Notes under the pieces: model-generated
Told to the model about the DNA's origin: nothing
Database searches by the model: none
What the model saw: only the letters and a program-made list of their open reading frames with translations
Program-made: the position numbers and the translations under genes
Part shown: one piece after another, positions 59,628 to 61,103 of the stretch
How positions within the stretch are numbered: position 1 is the stretch's first letter
Layout of the letters: each line of letters begins with the position of its first letter
Assembly (NCBI GenBank): GCA_944392625.1
Contig: CALXXG010000055.1
Location: forward strand, 1 to 61,103
Direction: 5' to 3'
DNA from: an uncultured Rickettsiales bacterium
Lineage (GTDB): Bacteria > Pseudomonadota > Alphaproteobacteria > Rickettsiales > UBA1997
DNA: 61,103 bases

Positions 59628-60767
59628 TTATTCTTCATTCTTAATCCCATTTTCTCTATAATATTTCTCAATCTCTTCATCAAGTATTCTCAACCCCTTA
59701 TCAAGCGTTTGTCTAAACTTAATTTCTTCAGTTTCCATAGTTTCCATTATAAAATCTTCTCTTTCTTTAAGTTCCGTATAGTGTTCCCCCATTAAATCTG
59801 TCAATCTTGGGACGAGCCTAAACATTGATGGTTGATTTATGCCGAATTGATGTATATATAGCATAGCACGTCTTAGTAATCTTCTTAAAACGTATCCTCT
59901 TCCCTCATTTGATGGCAAAACGCCATCAGCAATTAAAAAAGATGTAGCCCTTAGGTGATCAGCAATTACTCTATGCTGCAAAATAGCATCTTCATTACCA
60001 AAAAGTCCGACAGAATTTTTAATTAAATCTTGAAATAGATCAGTATCAAAGTTGTTATGTTTGCCCTGCACAACAGATGCTATTCTCTCAAGTCCCATTC
60101 CGGTATCAATATTCTTTTTTTCAAGCGGAGTCATGCTCCCATCGGCATGTTTTGAAAATACCTCAAATACAATATCCCATATTTCAACATATCTATCTCC
60201 ATCTTCATCAGGGGTTCCAGGTTTGCCTCCCCACACTTCAGGTCCATAGTCATAAAATATTTCAGTGCAAGGACCAGCTGGTCCAACCTCACCCATTGAC
60301 CAAAAGTTATCATCAGTAGTAATTTTTATAATTCTATCATCCGGTAATTTTGCAATATCTTTCCATAGCTGGTATGCCTCATCATCTGTATGATAAACCG
60401 TAGCCAATAATTTTTCGGACGGCAAATTTAAATCATTAACTAAAAAATCCCATGACCACTTTATAGCATCTTTTTTAAAATAATCTCCAATTGAAAAATT
60501 GCCAAGCATTTCAAAAAATGTATGATGTCTTGCAGTTTTTCCAACATTTTCAATATCATTTGTTCTAATGCATTTTTGACAACTAGCCATTCTTTTTGAT
60601 GGCGGAGTTTCAAGCCCTAAATAATAATTTTTTAAAGGAACCATGCCAGCAACAGTAAACATCAAGCTTGGATCGTTGGGAACTAACGATGATGATGGCA
60701 AAATCTTATGTTTTTTATCTGCAAAAAATTTTAAGTATTTTTCACGAATTTCATTTAAAGTTAACAT
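59628..60767 (-). CDS. alaS: Alanyl-tRNA synthetase, N-terminal fragment (class II catalytic core), terminated by its own stop codon
   Basis: MLTLNEIREKYLKFFADKKHKILPSSSLVP..., FTVAGMVPLK, FFEMLGNFSIGDYFK, GMGLERI. Ends ...LDEEIEKYYRENGIKNEE-stop. Confidence 0.93.
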   Translation of the reverse strand: MLTLNEIREKYLKFFADKKHKILPSSSLVPNDPSLMFTVAGMVPLKNYYLGLETPPSKRMASCQKCIRTNDIENVGKTARHHTFFEMLGNFSIGDYFKKDAIKWSWDFLVNDLNLPSEKLLATVYHTDDEAYQLWKDIAKLPDDRIIKITTDDNFWSMGEVGPAGPCTEIFYDYGPEVWGGKPGTPDEDGDRYVEIWDIVFEVFSKHADGSMTPLEKKNIDTGMGLERIASVVQGKHNNFDTDLFQDLIKNSVGLFGNEDAILQHRVIADHLRATSFLIADGVLPSNEGRGYVLRRLLRRAMLYIHQFGINQPSMFRLVPRLTDLMGEHYTELKEREDFIMETMETEEIKFRQTLDKGLRILDEEIEKYYRENGIKNEE

Positions 60768-60854
60768 TGATAAACTAATATTTCTTTTATACTATGTAAA
60801 TACTACAATGTCAGATATAAAAATCAATTATTTATCTATAATTTTTATTAATAA

Positions 60855-61103
60855 TTACATTAAGCCATCGGAAACAAATTGTTTTTTTATTTCTTCAATT
60901 TGCAACTTAACTTTGTTGATGTCATCATTATTTTTACTAGTTTTTTGTTCTATATTGTCAAGCTCTTTTTCCATCATATTAATAAATGTATTCATACTTT
61001 TATGTTCTACAACAAATTTTTTTGATGATTCAAAATTTAAACCATAAACCCACGCCGCATAAAGTAAAATCTGATCAAAAATTGTTTCTCTATCATCTCT
61101 TTT
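60855..61103 (-). CDS. Hypothetical protein, 3' partial (5' end beyond the window)
   Basis: Open frame from the window edge to a TAA at 60857-60855 (...RDDRETIFDQILLYAAWVYGLNFESSKKF...QFVSDGLM). It is absent from the ORF track, which appears to list only Met-initiated ORFs. Confidence 0.4.
   Translation of the reverse strand, partial: KRDDRETIFDQILLYAAWVYGLNFESSKKFVVEHKSMNTFINMMEKELDNIEQKTSKNNDDINKVKLQIEEIKKQFVSDGLM

Overview
This is a 61.1 kb, visibly AT-rich, gene-dense bacterial chromosome segment. All calls come from reading the supplied ORF translations and the DNA by eye; no database search was run.

The gene content points to an obligate-intracellular, Rickettsiales-like alphaproteobacterium (inference). 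Supporting genes are VirB8/VirB9, an IalB-like protein, mlaD plus DUF2155, LpxI, and scattered HK97/GTA-like portal, capsid and DUF3168-like genes. The genetic code is standard with TGA as a stop codon, because prfB carries the classic CTT TGA C +1 frameshift site.

The housekeeping backbone is:
- Cell envelope: mrcA, lpxI, lpxA, lptB, mlaD, glmS, an AsmA/YhdP-like protein.
- Replication and repair: gyrA, xseA, ligA, a Soj-like parA.
- Translation: rpmE, rplU, rpmA, gatB, prfB, glyQS, alaS, tRNA-Cys, tRNA-Ala.
- Metabolism and other: ppa, folE, queD, tkt, an mdh-like gene, comF, rdgB, gap, ybgC, a PEBP-family protein.

The strongest candidate for something undescribed is alaS at 56590-60767. 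It is encoded as two separately translated halves. A tight, overlapping, same-strand three-gene cassette (HEPN RNase-like, minimal nucleotidyltransferase, GNAT acetyltransferase) sits exactly in the break. A tRNA-Ala gene in the same window has C instead of the near-universal U at position 33.

Other items worth a second look:
- A duplicated ~1 kb noncoding repeat block with GC-rich terminator-like hairpins (17.4-18.3 kb).
- An unassigned GC-rich structured element between prfB and ligA (49.7-49.9 kb).
- Three type-IV-pilin-like paralogs, two of them broken at homopolymer tracts.
- A CE-clan (Ulp1-like) protease-like candidate effector.
- A glyQ whose catalytic motifs look eroded.
- A chlamydial-type pyruvoyl arginine decarboxylase with no transporter partner.
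- A tandem-ArsR regulator with perfect palindromes in its divergent promoter.
- An orphan Soj-like ParA fused to the end of virB8-virB9.
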